This document shows positions 1-8,004 of a DNA stretch of 47,079 bases, piece by piece. A program made the translations under genes and the position numbers. The notes beneath the pieces were generated by a model. That model searched no databases. It worked only from the letters and a program-made list of their open reading frames with translations, and was not told where the DNA came from. Origin of the DNA: Candidatus Hydrogenedentota bacterium (GTDB taxonomy: Bacteria > Hydrogenedentota > Hydrogenedentia > Hydrogenedentales > JAEUWI01); assembly GCA_034669905.1 (NCBI GenBank), contig JAXMOL010000057.1, positions 1-47,079 on the forward strand. The letters are read 5' to 3'. Each line of letters opens with the position of its first letter. The first letter of the stretch is position 1.

Positions 1-3
1 CTC

Positions 4-357
4 GGTGCGCTCACACCATACAAGCCACTCCCTGGAGTGCGTAAGCTTGCTTACGCTTTCATTCAGCAAGCTTGCTTGCGTCCCCACGCGAGCCACCAGA
101 ACCCCATCCCCATGACGACGGGAGCAAGCTCCCTCAACAAAGTGGCAGCAAGCTGCCACACTCCAAAGGCAATGCCACCGGGTGCGCTCACACCATACAG
201 GCCACTCTTTGGAGTGCGTAAGCTTGCTTACGCTTTCATTCAGCAAGCTTGCTTGCGTCCCCACGCGAGCCACCAGAACCCCGTCCCCATGACGACGGGA
301 GCAAGCTCCCTCGTTAAGGGTGGCAGCAAGCTGCCACACTCCAAAGGCATTGCCACC
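4..357. repeat. Two tandem ~177-bp REPIN-like units (inverted GGAG-type REP palindromes); may continue left of the window
   Basis: Units 4-180 and 181-357 are near-identical. Each has TGGAGTG...CACTCCA outer inverted ends and internal palindromes, e.g. GCGTAAGC-TT-GCTTACGC (39-56), GGGAGC-AA-GCTCCC (120-133), GTGGCAGC-AA-GCTGCCAC (142-159). Confidence 0.85.
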
Positions 358-378
358 GGGCCGGTGGTGCTCCATAGA
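350..378. repeat. REP-like palindrome, copy 1 (second copy at 12920-12948)
   Basis: TTGCCACCGGGCCGGTGGTGCTCCATAGA vs TTGCCACCAGGCCGGTGGCACTCCATAGA: 26/29 identical. Confidence 0.7.
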
Positions 379-388
379 GTGTCCCTCG

Positions 389-406
389 TGGGATAGGCAT
401 TCCTGC
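389..406. repeat. Partial copy of the GGGATAGGCATTCCTGCCTGTC REP-like family
   Basis: GGGATAGGCATTCCTGC matches copies at 7758-7786 and 20898-20925. Confidence 0.6.
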
Positions 407-410
407 ACGC

Positions 411-1745
411 CTACGATGCGTCTGCCTCAAATCCGTCGGCAGGGGCTGTTTCTTCGGGGAACGAGACGAGACCGCCGGCAGGCAGGATCGTAGAGACCCA
501 GGGCCAGCCCATGGCACCTTCCTTCACAAGTGCCACGCCCTCATCGCCCCCCATAAGCATGAACAAGCCCAGCGGCGAGGTGGAATGATCGCGTGTTTTT
601 GTCTCCCCCGCCAGGATGTACTCCACCTTGTATTGCCGAAAAACGAACGACTGGGTCTCGGTGAAACGGTCCCCCAAGGTCACGGGCACCTGCCGGGGTT
701 CCGACGTGTCCAGAAAGCCATTCAGAAACAACAGGGATGTCCCCGTAAGCAGGCCGCCCATGAGCGACGCCCCCGCGATAAGTGCCAGCATGAGAAGCAT
801 CTGCTGGAACTTTCCGAATCCTTTTTCCGGAGGCCGCTCCAGTTCCAGAACCCCGCCGGAAACCAGCGCTGCCTCGTTACGTGCGCGCTGTTCCCGGCGC
901 TGCTTACGTTGGTAAAGGTATCCCCCAATCAAACAGGCCAACCCGGCGAAGGCCCCCAATGCCACGACCGAAACTGTCAGGGCGTTGAACGGGAACGCGA
1001 GGGTCTCATAGCGCTCCATGGAATAGAGCGCCATCATAAGGCCCCCTACGATGAGCACCACGGTAATGGCCGTAACGACATCTGTAAAGGCACTGTTCTT
1101 CTCTTCCAGTTCCAGGTAGTTCACTTCGGGATTGAAGCCCAGGAATCCATAGATCTTGAACGGCTCGCTGGTGTTCTCTGGCAGATAGAGGGCGGTGGCA
1201 TAGTCGCCCACCTTGAGAGTGGTGTGGTAGCGGGCCTTGGTGTCGGTGGCAAAGTTGTCGGACGACACGGTCTCGACGACCAATTCGCCCGTATCAGGAT
1301 GGCGCAACTGCACCACGGCCACAAAGGCAAAGTGGGTTTCGGAGCCATTCATGATGACCGTGGGCTGCTTCACCAACTCGAGTACCTGCACCACAACGGG
1401 CTGCCCGTGGGTAAAATACTTTAACGGACCGCCCCCCCGGGTAAGTGACACTACCGCACCCAGATACAACAGGATGAGTACCACCCCCAGCCACCCTGCG
1501 TACCCCAGGGGCAAGACATAAGCGGACAGGTCCTGCACGAAGGGAAGGAATTGGAGTGCCATGCAGAAGACAGCCGCAGAAAGCAGCCCCCGCTGAACCT
1601 GCTTGGCTTTCTTGACGTAGGAACTGTCGTAGACGAATCCCGGAATCTGTCGGGGCGTCTCCTCGAGCAACTCCGGTTCCAGGGGATAATCCGCCGGGGG
1701 CGAAAACACCGGGATATTTTCCGGGGGTATGGGCAAGTTTTCCAC
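411..1745 (-). CDS. Hypothetical integral membrane protein (~444 aa)
   Basis: Long ORF with about five hydrophobic segments. Start moved from 1904 (overlaps rsmE) to GTG at 1745, which has GGAGG upstream. Confidence 0.75.
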   Translation of the reverse strand: MENLPIPPENIPVFSPPADYPLEPELLEETPRQIPGFVYDSSYVKKAKQVQRGLLSAAVFCMALQFLPFVQDLSAYVLPLGYAGWLGVVLILLYLGAVVSLTRGGGPLKYFTHGQPVVVQVLELVKQPTVIMNGSETHFAFVAVVQLRHPDTGELVVETVSSDNFATDTKARYHTTLKVGDYATALYLPENTSEPFKIYGFLGFNPEVNYLELEEKNSAFTDVVTAITVVLIVGGLMMALYSMERYETLAFPFNALTVSVVALGAFAGLACLIGGYLYQRKQRREQRARNEAALVSGGVLELERPPEKGFGKFQQMLLMLALIAGASLMGGLLTGTSLLFLNGFLDTSEPRQVPVTLGDRFTETQSFVFRQYKVEYILAGETKTRDHSTSPLGLFMLMGGDEGVALVKEGAMGWPWVSTILPAGGLVSFPEETAPADGFEADAS

Positions 1746-1822
1746 GACACTTCCTCCCTGATGTGGTAAACCGACACAGCGTAGCAAGGAAACGAAAGAA
1801 TTGCAAGCGCCTGTCGGCAGCC

Positions 1823-2545
1823 TTACCGGGGCCCCACGAAGCCCAGGTGATGTTGAATCAGGGTAATCCCCACCTGGGCGGCCATCTCTGCCCGATAGGT
1901 GCAATCCCCCAGGGAAATGGGCAACGCGTCCGCCGCCCGGGCCTCGGCCAGTTCCTCGTCGCTGAAATCCCCCTCAGGCCCCACCACATAGGTGATGGGT
2001 GCCTCCGTGACGGCCTCAGCGAGGGGCACATGGGGCCCTTCCATCTGGGCCAGCACCAGACGTTGACCTGCCACGTGGGCGAGGGCTTCCGTCAGGTTTT
2101 CCACCACGGTAAAACGGGGCAACCAGCGTCGACCACATTGTTTGCAGGCTTCGATGGCGATGCGCTCCCACTTATCGGAGAGACGGGGCTGCTTTTCGGA
2201 GTGGGCCCCGCGGAAGAACAGGAACTCGGCCACCCCTAGCACGGTGCCCTGTCGCACCATCTCATCGAGAATCTTGTCGCGGTGAAGCCACGCCTGCGCC
2301 AGGGTCAGTTCCGGCGTCGGGCGGGCGATAGCGTTCGACTCCGTAACCGCCACCACCACTTCGTTGCGGGCCAGCACGGAGATTTCCCCGTGTGCCACCG
2401 TGCCCTGGCCATCAAAGAGGACCACGGAATCCCCTCTTCGCGCGCGAACCACGCGCATCGCATGGTGAGACTCGTCGCGGGAAAGGGTGATGTCGCCGCT
2501 GTCGGGCAGGGTATGGGGATGGTAAAAACGGTGCAAGTGGGCCAT
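1823..2545 (-). CDS. rsmE: 16S rRNA (uracil-1498-N3)-methyltransferase RsmE
   Basis: HHAMRVVR N-terminus, EACKQCGR and VGPEGDFS SPOUT motifs, ISLG...RAEMA C-terminus. Confidence 0.95.
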   Translation of the reverse strand: MAHLHRFYHPHTLPDSGDITLSRDESHHAMRVVRARRGDSVVLFDGQGTVAHGEISVLARNEVVVAVTESNAIARPTPELTLAQAWLHRDKILDEMVRQGTVLGVAEFLFFRGAHSEKQPRLSDKWERIAIEACKQCGRRWLPRFTVVENLTEALAHVAGQRLVLAQMEGPHVPLAEAVTEAPITYVVGPEGDFSDEELAEARAADALPISLGDCTYRAEMAAQVGITLIQHHLGFVGPR

Positions 2546-2604
2546 GCCCCATGATACCGTAGGAGCGATTCTGGATTACAGAAAGACGTACCACGGAGTC
2601 TGCC

Positions 2605-3117
2605 ATGATATTGCGCCCTGTCGCCCCCTTCCCCCACCTGCTCGCCATCGCCTTGCTTGCCCTCGTCGGGTGCAGTGCGCCCGTGCCCGAAATCGCCCCG
2701 TCACCGGAGAAGGTCGTGGAAACACCGCCATCAAAAGACGGCCCCTTCGTGGTGACCCAGACCCTGGCCAACCCCTATCGGCCTGGCGAAGCCAACACGG
2801 CCACGCTGACGATGGATTATCAGGGCAGCGACCCCGTGACGGCATTGGCCCTCCAGGTCAAACTACCGGTAGCCTGGCAGTTTGTGGCCCTGACCGACGG
2901 CGAGAAACCGGCCATCGTGCCCAAAGCCGAAACGAGTGACCAACTCACCTTTGTGTGGATTACCGCCCCGGCCTTTCCCGCTACCCTGACCTATACCCTT
3001 TCCATACCCGAATGGGCAGAAGGCACCTATGCCCTGGAAGCCCAGGCCATCTATCGGTGCCTGGAGGGGGAATTGCAGTCTCCAAAGCACCGTATCGAGA
3101 CCACCTTTGTCCCCTGA
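2605..3117 (+). CDS. Hypothetical lipoprotein, probably beta-sandwich
   Basis: Hydrophobic stretch ending in lipobox LVGC; beta-rich mature region; host-like codon usage. Confidence 0.7.
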   Translation: MILRPVAPFPHLLAIALLALVGCSAPVPEIAPSPEKVVETPPSKDGPFVVTQTLANPYRPGEANTATLTMDYQGSDPVTALALQVKLPVAWQFVALTDGEKPAIVPKAETSDQLTFVWITAPAFPATLTYTLSIPEWAEGTYALEAQAIYRCLEGELQSPKHRIETTFVP

Positions 3118-3174
3118 AATCCTCTTCCGGGGGTCCCACGGGGCTTCGACACTAAAATGAATGGGGTGAATCGG

Positions 3175-3204
3175 TTGCACCGCGTGTGTTTCCTTTGCTA
3201 AACT
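3175..3204 (+). promoter_or_regulatory. Candidate sigma70 promoter for ndk
   Basis: TTGCAC (3175-3180), 18-nt spacer, TG-n-TAAACT (3199-3204). Confidence 0.4.
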
Positions 3205-3318
3205 AAACCTCCTCTGTCGTGAAAATAGTTTTTCGGGCAGAGACCGTCTGTATTCTCTCTCATCAGCTACCGCTGCGGTAACGCTGATGGACTACAACCC
3301 GATGGAAAGTCTCGTACT

Positions 3319-3768
3319 GTGAGCGAACGTACTTTTGTAATGGTGAAGCCCGATGGCGTAGGCCGTCGTCTGGTCGGTGAATGCATCCGCCGCTTTGAAC
3401 AGCGCGGGCTGAAACTGGTGGGACTCAAGATTCAGATCCTGAGCGAAACCATCGCCAAGAAACATTATGAAGAACACGCCGACAAGCCCTTCTTCGGCGA
3501 TCTCGTGTCCTTCATCACTTCCGGCCCCACCGTGCAAATGGTTTGGGAAGGTCCGGACGCGGTCGCTCAGGTCCGCAAGATGAATGGCGCCACCAATTGC
3601 GCCAAGGCCGATGTGGGCACCATTCGTGGTGACTTCGGTCTGAGTATGCAGAACAACCTTATCCATGCTTCGGACGCCGTCGATACGGCCGTCCGTGAAA
3701 TTGGCCTCTATTTTGAGGACAGTGAATTAATTTCGTATAGCCAACCCGACGATCAGTGGCTCATTTAG
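3319..3768 (+). CDS. ndk: Nucleoside diphosphate kinase
   Basis: [19 protein letters not shown] and NLIHASD (catalytic His) motifs. Confidence 0.98.
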   Translation: MSERTFVMVKPDGVGRRLVGECIRRFEQRGLKLVGLKIQILSETIAKKHYEEHADKPFFGDLVSFITSGPTVQMVWEGPDAVAQVRKMNGATNCAKADVGTIRGDFGLSMQNNLIHASDAVDTAVREIGLYFEDSELISYSQPDDQWLI

Positions 3769-3824
3769 AGGCCCCCTTTCGGGAATCATATTAAAAAGCA
3801 AGCAACGCTTCAGGAGGTAATGCA

Positions 3825-3917
3825 GTGGCTGGTGGACGTAAAGCCCGTAAGGCGAAAATCAATAAGCATAAGCGCAAGAAGAAACGTCGTAATAATCGCC
3901 ACAAGACCAAGAAATAA
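3825..3917 (+). CDS. Small basic protein, bS22/mS38 (AURKAIP1/COX24, DUF1713)-like 30S ribosomal protein, 30 aa
   Basis: AGGAGG at 3812-3817 and GTG start. Translates MAGGRKARKAKINKHKRKKKRRNNRHKTKK*, with the HKRKK..R.NRHK pattern of this family. Followed by a hairpin. Confidence 0.8.
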   Translation: MAGGRKARKAKINKHKRKKKRRNNRHKTKK

Positions 3918-3953
3918 GGTCTTGTTCCTTCTATAGCTTAAAGTCTTCAGACA

Positions 3954-3991
3954 CCCGGCCTCGAAACATTTCGGGGCCGGGCGCAGTCCTT
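3954..3991 (+). terminator. Hairpin, possible intrinsic terminator after the bS22-like gene
   Basis: CCCGGCCTCGAAA / TTTCGGGGCCGGG stem; the T-tract is weak. Confidence 0.45.
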
Positions 3992-4023
3992 TATAGCAAC
4001 GGATTATGGGAGTCATCCAACTC

Positions 4024-4479
4024 ATGAGCGAAGAAGAACCAAAAATCATCATCGACGAGGGTTGGAAAGCCCAGGTCCAGCGCGAAAAGGAACTGGCGAC
4101 CCAGGCGCCGGAAGAAGAAGCACCTGCTGCCGCACCCGAAGCCCCACTCCCCCCGGAGGAAGCGGAAGGTGCAGAAGAGGGCGCTTCTTTCACCGCGCTT
4201 ATCGGTAGCCTCGCAACCCAGATCATGTTTGCCCTGGGTTTGGTCGCCGATCCCGATAACGGCCAGGTCATGGTCAATCTGGACGCGGCCCGCTACACCC
4301 TCGATGCCCTGACCATTCTCGATGAGAAGACCCAGGGCAATCTCACCGAAGAGGAAAGCGCCATGCTGACCCAGACCCGCGCCGAACTGGAGCAGGTTTT
4401 TGTCATGCGTGTACAGCAGTTTGAAGAGCAGGCCCTGCAGCAGGCGGGCGTGGACCTGACCAATCTCAAGGGCGAATAA
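4024..4479 (+). CDS. DUF1844 domain-containing protein
   Basis: IIDEGWKAQVQREK, F..LI.SLATQ..FALG...P and LTILDEKTQGNLTEEE motifs. Alternative start 4006. Confidence 0.85.
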   Translation: MSEEEPKIIIDEGWKAQVQREKELATQAPEEEAPAAAPEAPLPPEEAEGAEEGASFTALIGSLATQIMFALGLVADPDNGQVMVNLDAARYTLDALTILDEKTQGNLTEEESAMLTQTRAELEQVFVMRVQQFEEQALQQAGVDLTNLKGE

Positions 4480-4500
4480 GCCCTTCGTGCGCGGCATGTG

Positions 4501-4530
4501 TTGACTCCATCACGGGGGAATCAGTAGACT
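4501..4530 (+). promoter_or_regulatory. Candidate sigma70 promoter for the TolC-family gene
   Basis: TTGACT, 18-nt spacer, TAGACT. Confidence 0.4.
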
Positions 4531-4675
4531 TTGGCCTGCGCAGTCGAATCCGCTCCCAACCTGTAACAGGGTGGGGCACTGTACACACCGTACAGATAGT
4601 GGGAAGGAATTGTGCTGTTCCCGACTAACCCGGCAGGTCACCCAGGCGCTTCATGACCTGTTGATGGAGAATTGA

Positions 4676-6460
4676 ATGCTGCGAAAAAGCTTGTGCACCT
4701 TGGGAATTCTTTTGGCCTGTTCGACGGTGGCCCAGGACGGCAGCGAAGGGGAAGTGGTTACGGAGGAGGCGGTAGACGCCGTCTCTGAATCCGTCGCCCC
4801 GCCGCCGCCAGCGGACTTTCAACCCACCCCGCCCAATGAGCTGACCTTGCGTTATGGCGACGAACTCGGTGAGGGCGCGGCCATCAACATCCGCGAAGAG
4901 ATCAGTATCGATCTCATCGATCTTGATCCGCTGCGCGAACGTCTGGGCGGAGCCCTTTCTGAAGAACAGTTTAACCTCACCCTCCAGGAATGTATCCTCA
5001 TCGCCCTGGCCGACAACCTCGATATTCAGGTGACCGGCTTTGAACCCCTCAAGTCGGATCAGGATATCTTTACCGCCAAGGGTGAGTTTGACCCCATCCT
5101 TCAGGGCTCGGCCAACTACTCGCGCTCCAATCAGTCGCAGAGCCAACAGGTCGTGGCCTTCGGTGGTGTTTCCAGTGTGGAGTCCTTCACCACCGTCACC
5201 AACGCCACACTGGCGGGCAAGCTCCACCTGGGCACCCAATATTCCCTGGCGTGGAACATGGAAAAATCCGAGTCCACCTTCAGTAATTTCATTGAAGAGC
5301 ACAGCGGCACCCTCTCCCTCCAGCTGACCCAGCCCATCCTCCGCGGCTTCGGCGCCAAATACAATAAGGTCCGCATTAATATTGCCAACAACACGCGCAT
5401 CGCTTCTGAGGCTCAATTGCGGCTCACCGTCCTCAACACGGTCGCCGATGTCATCAAGGCCTATTGGGACCTGGTCGGGGCCATGGAAAACCTCAAGGTC
5501 CGCGCCGAGTCCCTGGATAACGCCGAACGCCTCTTGAAGGTCAACGAGAAGCGCCGCGAAATCGGAACGGCCGCCGACATTGAAGTGCTCCAGGCGAAGG
5601 CCGGTGTGGCCACGCGCCAGAGTGAATTCATCAGCGCCCGACAAAACATCACCGACGCCAGTAACTACCTTAAGAACCTCTTGAATCTGCGCGATGGCGA
5701 CCTCTTCTCCAAGGCGCTCGTCGTCCCCATCGACCGGCCCAACCCCCGGGACCCCGACGAATTTGACCCCAGCGCCTATGAAACCCAGGTGATGGCCAGC
5801 ATCGACGAAGCCCTGGAAAATCGGCCGGAAGTCTTGATTCGTCAGATCGAGATCGACAACGCCGCGCTGGAAGAATACCGCACGAAAAAGGAAATGCTCC
5901 CCCAGCTCGATCTGGTCTACAACTACACCACGGGCGGCCGTGATCATAAACTCCGCGAAACCCTCGACGGCATCTATGAGCGCCAGGATTACGCCTACAC
6001 CTATGGCATCCAGGGTTCCATTCCCATTTTGAATCGGGCGGCCCGGGGCAGCCACAACCGCGCACGCCTTACGCGACGCCAGGCCGAACTGAGCCTCGAG
6101 CAGGCCCGCCAACAACTGATGTTGAGCGTGCACCTGGCGGCCTCCAAGGTCGCTTCCAACGCCATTCTCGTTCAGAGCAACAAGCAGGCCACCCGCCTCC
6201 AGATTGCCAATGTGGCCGCCGAAGAAAAACGCCTCCAGCTGGGCGTCACCACGAGCTGGCAGGTCCTCCAGATTCAACAGGATCTCACCGCCGCCCAGGT
6301 GCAGGAGCTCATCTCCAACATCGAATATGAAAAAGCGCTGGTGGAATTGCAGCTCGCCGAAGGCACCCTGCTCGACACCCTCAATATCGAACTCGACGTG
6401 CCCGAACCCGACGAGAAGCCGGTGGGCTACCTGGAGAGCCTCCGCCCCCGCTGGGAATAA
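4676..6460 (+). CDS. TolC-family outer membrane efflux (OEP) protein
   Basis: Signal peptide; two OEP halves (LTLQECILIALADNLDI, LTQPILRGFG, VIKAYWDL, ALENRPEV, LPQLDL, EEKRLQLGVTT). Confidence 0.9.
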   Translation: MLRKSLCTLGILLACSTVAQDGSEGEVVTEEAVDAVSESVAPPPPADFQPTPPNELTLRYGDELGEGAAINIREEISIDLIDLDPLRERLGGALSEEQFNLTLQECILIALADNLDIQVTGFEPLKSDQDIFTAKGEFDPILQGSANYSRSNQSQSQQVVAFGGVSSVESFTTVTNATLAGKLHLGTQYSLAWNMEKSESTFSNFIEEHSGTLSLQLTQPILRGFGAKYNKVRINIANNTRIASEAQLRLTVLNTVADVIKAYWDLVGAMENLKVRAESLDNAERLLKVNEKRREIGTAADIEVLQAKAGVATRQSEFISARQNITDASNYLKNLLNLRDGDLFSKALVVPIDRPNPRDPDEFDPSAYETQVMASIDEALENRPEVLIRQIEIDNAALEEYRTKKEMLPQLDLVYNYTTGGRDHKLRETLDGIYERQDYAYTYGIQGSIPILNRAARGSHNRARLTRRQAELSLEQARQQLMLSVHLAASKVASNAILVQSNKQATRLQIANVAAEEKRLQLGVTTSWQVLQIQQDLTAAQVQELISNIEYEKALVELQLAEGTLLDTLNIELDVPEPDEKPVGYLESLRPRWE

Positions 6461-6496
6461 GCCGCGGGCGCAACGGCGCGGAACACACGGATTTTA

Positions 6497-6544
6497 CGGA
6501 CGGGATGGACTGCCCTTTGGGGCCATCCCGTTCCGCTTGTTTTG
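6497..6544 (+). terminator. Probable intrinsic terminator after the TolC-family gene
   Basis: CGGACGGGATGG / CCATCCCGTTCCG stem followed by CTTGTTTTG. Confidence 0.5.
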
Positions 6545-6581
6545 AGTACCCCAACACATACCGCATGGAAAGTCTGTAACA

Positions 6582-7679
6582 ATGAGCAAAACCTTTTCTA
6601 TCGCGTTGCTGGAAGGCGACGGCATCGGCCCGGAACTCGCTGTGGAAGCGGTCAAAGTTCTTGAAGCCGTCGAAGCCATCAGCGACGTCAAATTCGACAT
6701 CATGAAGGCCGACTTCGGTGGGGCCGCCTACTTCAAGCACGGCCAGGCCTTCCCCGAAGAAACCAAGGCCATCTGCGACAAGGCCGACGCCATCCTCAAG
6801 GGACCCATCGGGCTCAGCTTTGAAGAGTCCAAGAAAATTCCCGTGGACGAGCAGCCCGAGCGCGGCGCCCTCCTCCCCCTTCGTCGGCGCTACAACACCT
6901 TCGCCAACTTCCGCCCCGTCTACCTCCCCGCCGAGCTCGCCCACTTTTCGCCCCTCAAGGCCCACGTGGTTGAAGGCGGCATCGACCTCATGATGATCCG
7001 CGAGCTCGTCGGTGGCCTCTACTTCGGCAAAAAAGAAGTGGGCGTCAACGCCGCGGGCAAACGCTACGTCGATGAGCACCTCGAATACGACGAAGACCAG
7101 ATCAACGCCATCATGCACGTGGCCTTCAAAGAAGCCATGGGCCGCAAGAAGGTCCTGCACAACGTGCACAAGAGCAACGTGCTGAAATCCAGCGTGCTCT
7201 GGAACGAAGTGCTCGAAGAAGTGGCTGTCGAATATCCCGAAGTCGAAATCAAGCACATCATCGTCGACGCCGCGGCCACGGCCCTCGTCGTCAACCCCCG
7301 CCAGTTTGACGTCATGGTCATGGAAAACATGTTTGGCGACATCCTCAGCGACCTCGGTGGCGGCATCCTCGGCTCCCTCGGTCTCATGCCCTCCGCCTGC
7401 GTCGGCCCCGACAAAGCCTACTACGAACCGTCCCACGGCTCCGCGCCCGACATCGCCGGCCAGGGCATCGCCAACCCCTACAGCATGATCGGCTCCGTGG
7501 CCCTCATGCTCGACAAGAGCTTTGGCATGAAAGACGAGGCCCGCAAGGTATGGGACGCCATGCGCAGCGTATTCGGCGCCGGCATCACCACCGCCGACCT
7601 CCGCGACCCCGAAGGCAAGCTCACCATCATGAAGACCAGCGAGTTTGGCGATAAGGTCGTGGCCTCGCTCAAGGGCTGA
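6582..7679 (+). CDS. leuB: 3-isopropylmalate dehydrogenase
   Basis: GDGIGPE, PERGALLPLR, FANFRP, RELVGGLYFG, ENMFGDILSD and EPSHGSAPDIAG motifs. Confidence 0.96.
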   Translation: MSKTFSIALLEGDGIGPELAVEAVKVLEAVEAISDVKFDIMKADFGGAAYFKHGQAFPEETKAICDKADAILKGPIGLSFEESKKIPVDEQPERGALLPLRRRYNTFANFRPVYLPAELAHFSPLKAHVVEGGIDLMMIRELVGGLYFGKKEVGVNAAGKRYVDEHLEYDEDQINAIMHVAFKEAMGRKKVLHNVHKSNVLKSSVLWNEVLEEVAVEYPEVEIKHIIVDAAATALVVNPRQFDVMVMENMFGDILSDLGGGILGSLGLMPSACVGPDKAYYEPSHGSAPDIAGQGIANPYSMIGSVALMLDKSFGMKDEARKVWDAMRSVFGAGITTADLRDPEGKLTIMKTSEFGDKVVASLKG

Positions 7680-7702
7680 GACAGCACACCAATCATCAAT
7701 CC

Positions 7703-7736
7703 ACGGCACGTCCACTATCGGGCGTGCCGTTTTTAT
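7703..7736 (+). terminator. Intrinsic terminator after leuB
   Basis: ACGGCACGTCC / GGGCGTGCCGT stem followed by TTTTAT. Confidence 0.75.
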
Positions 7737-7757
7737 GTATCGACACCGATGCGAACA

Positions 7758-7786
7758 ACAGGGGGATAGGCATTCCTGCCTGTCAC
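7758..7786. repeat. REP-like palindrome (GATAGGCA-TTCC-TGCCTGTC family)
   Basis: ACAGGGGGATAGGCATTCCTGCCTGTCA is near-identical to 20898-20925. Confidence 0.75.
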
Positions 7787-8004
7787 AAAGTGAACGAAGG
7801 ACAACAGGCAAACTCCATGTCACGTCCCAACACCACGCCGCCATCAAATTTGTGCCCATATCCTCCGCGATTCGGGATTTCCGAAACCACGCTCTGATAC
7901 TCAACAATCTGGAATGTGGGACGACTAGGCTCTATACTTTCTTTGGGCCAGTCGGGCACTAATTTGGGGCAGCCAACACATAGAACAACTTGGGGGTAAC
8001 GACC

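Noticed and set aside
4..357. Possible CRISPR array
   Set aside because: Whole 177-bp units repeat with no unique spacers, and no cas genes are present.
37..396. 119-aa ORF with an internal duplication
   Set aside because: It lies entirely within the palindromic tandem repeat; the peptide repeat only mirrors the DNA repeat.
4625..6277. Long antisense ORFs (also 20992-22515, 22532-23938, 34689-37163, 37696-39090, 43329-44933, 45132-46637)
   Set aside because: Shadow frames opposite well-supported genes in GC-rich DNA, with no recognisable motifs.
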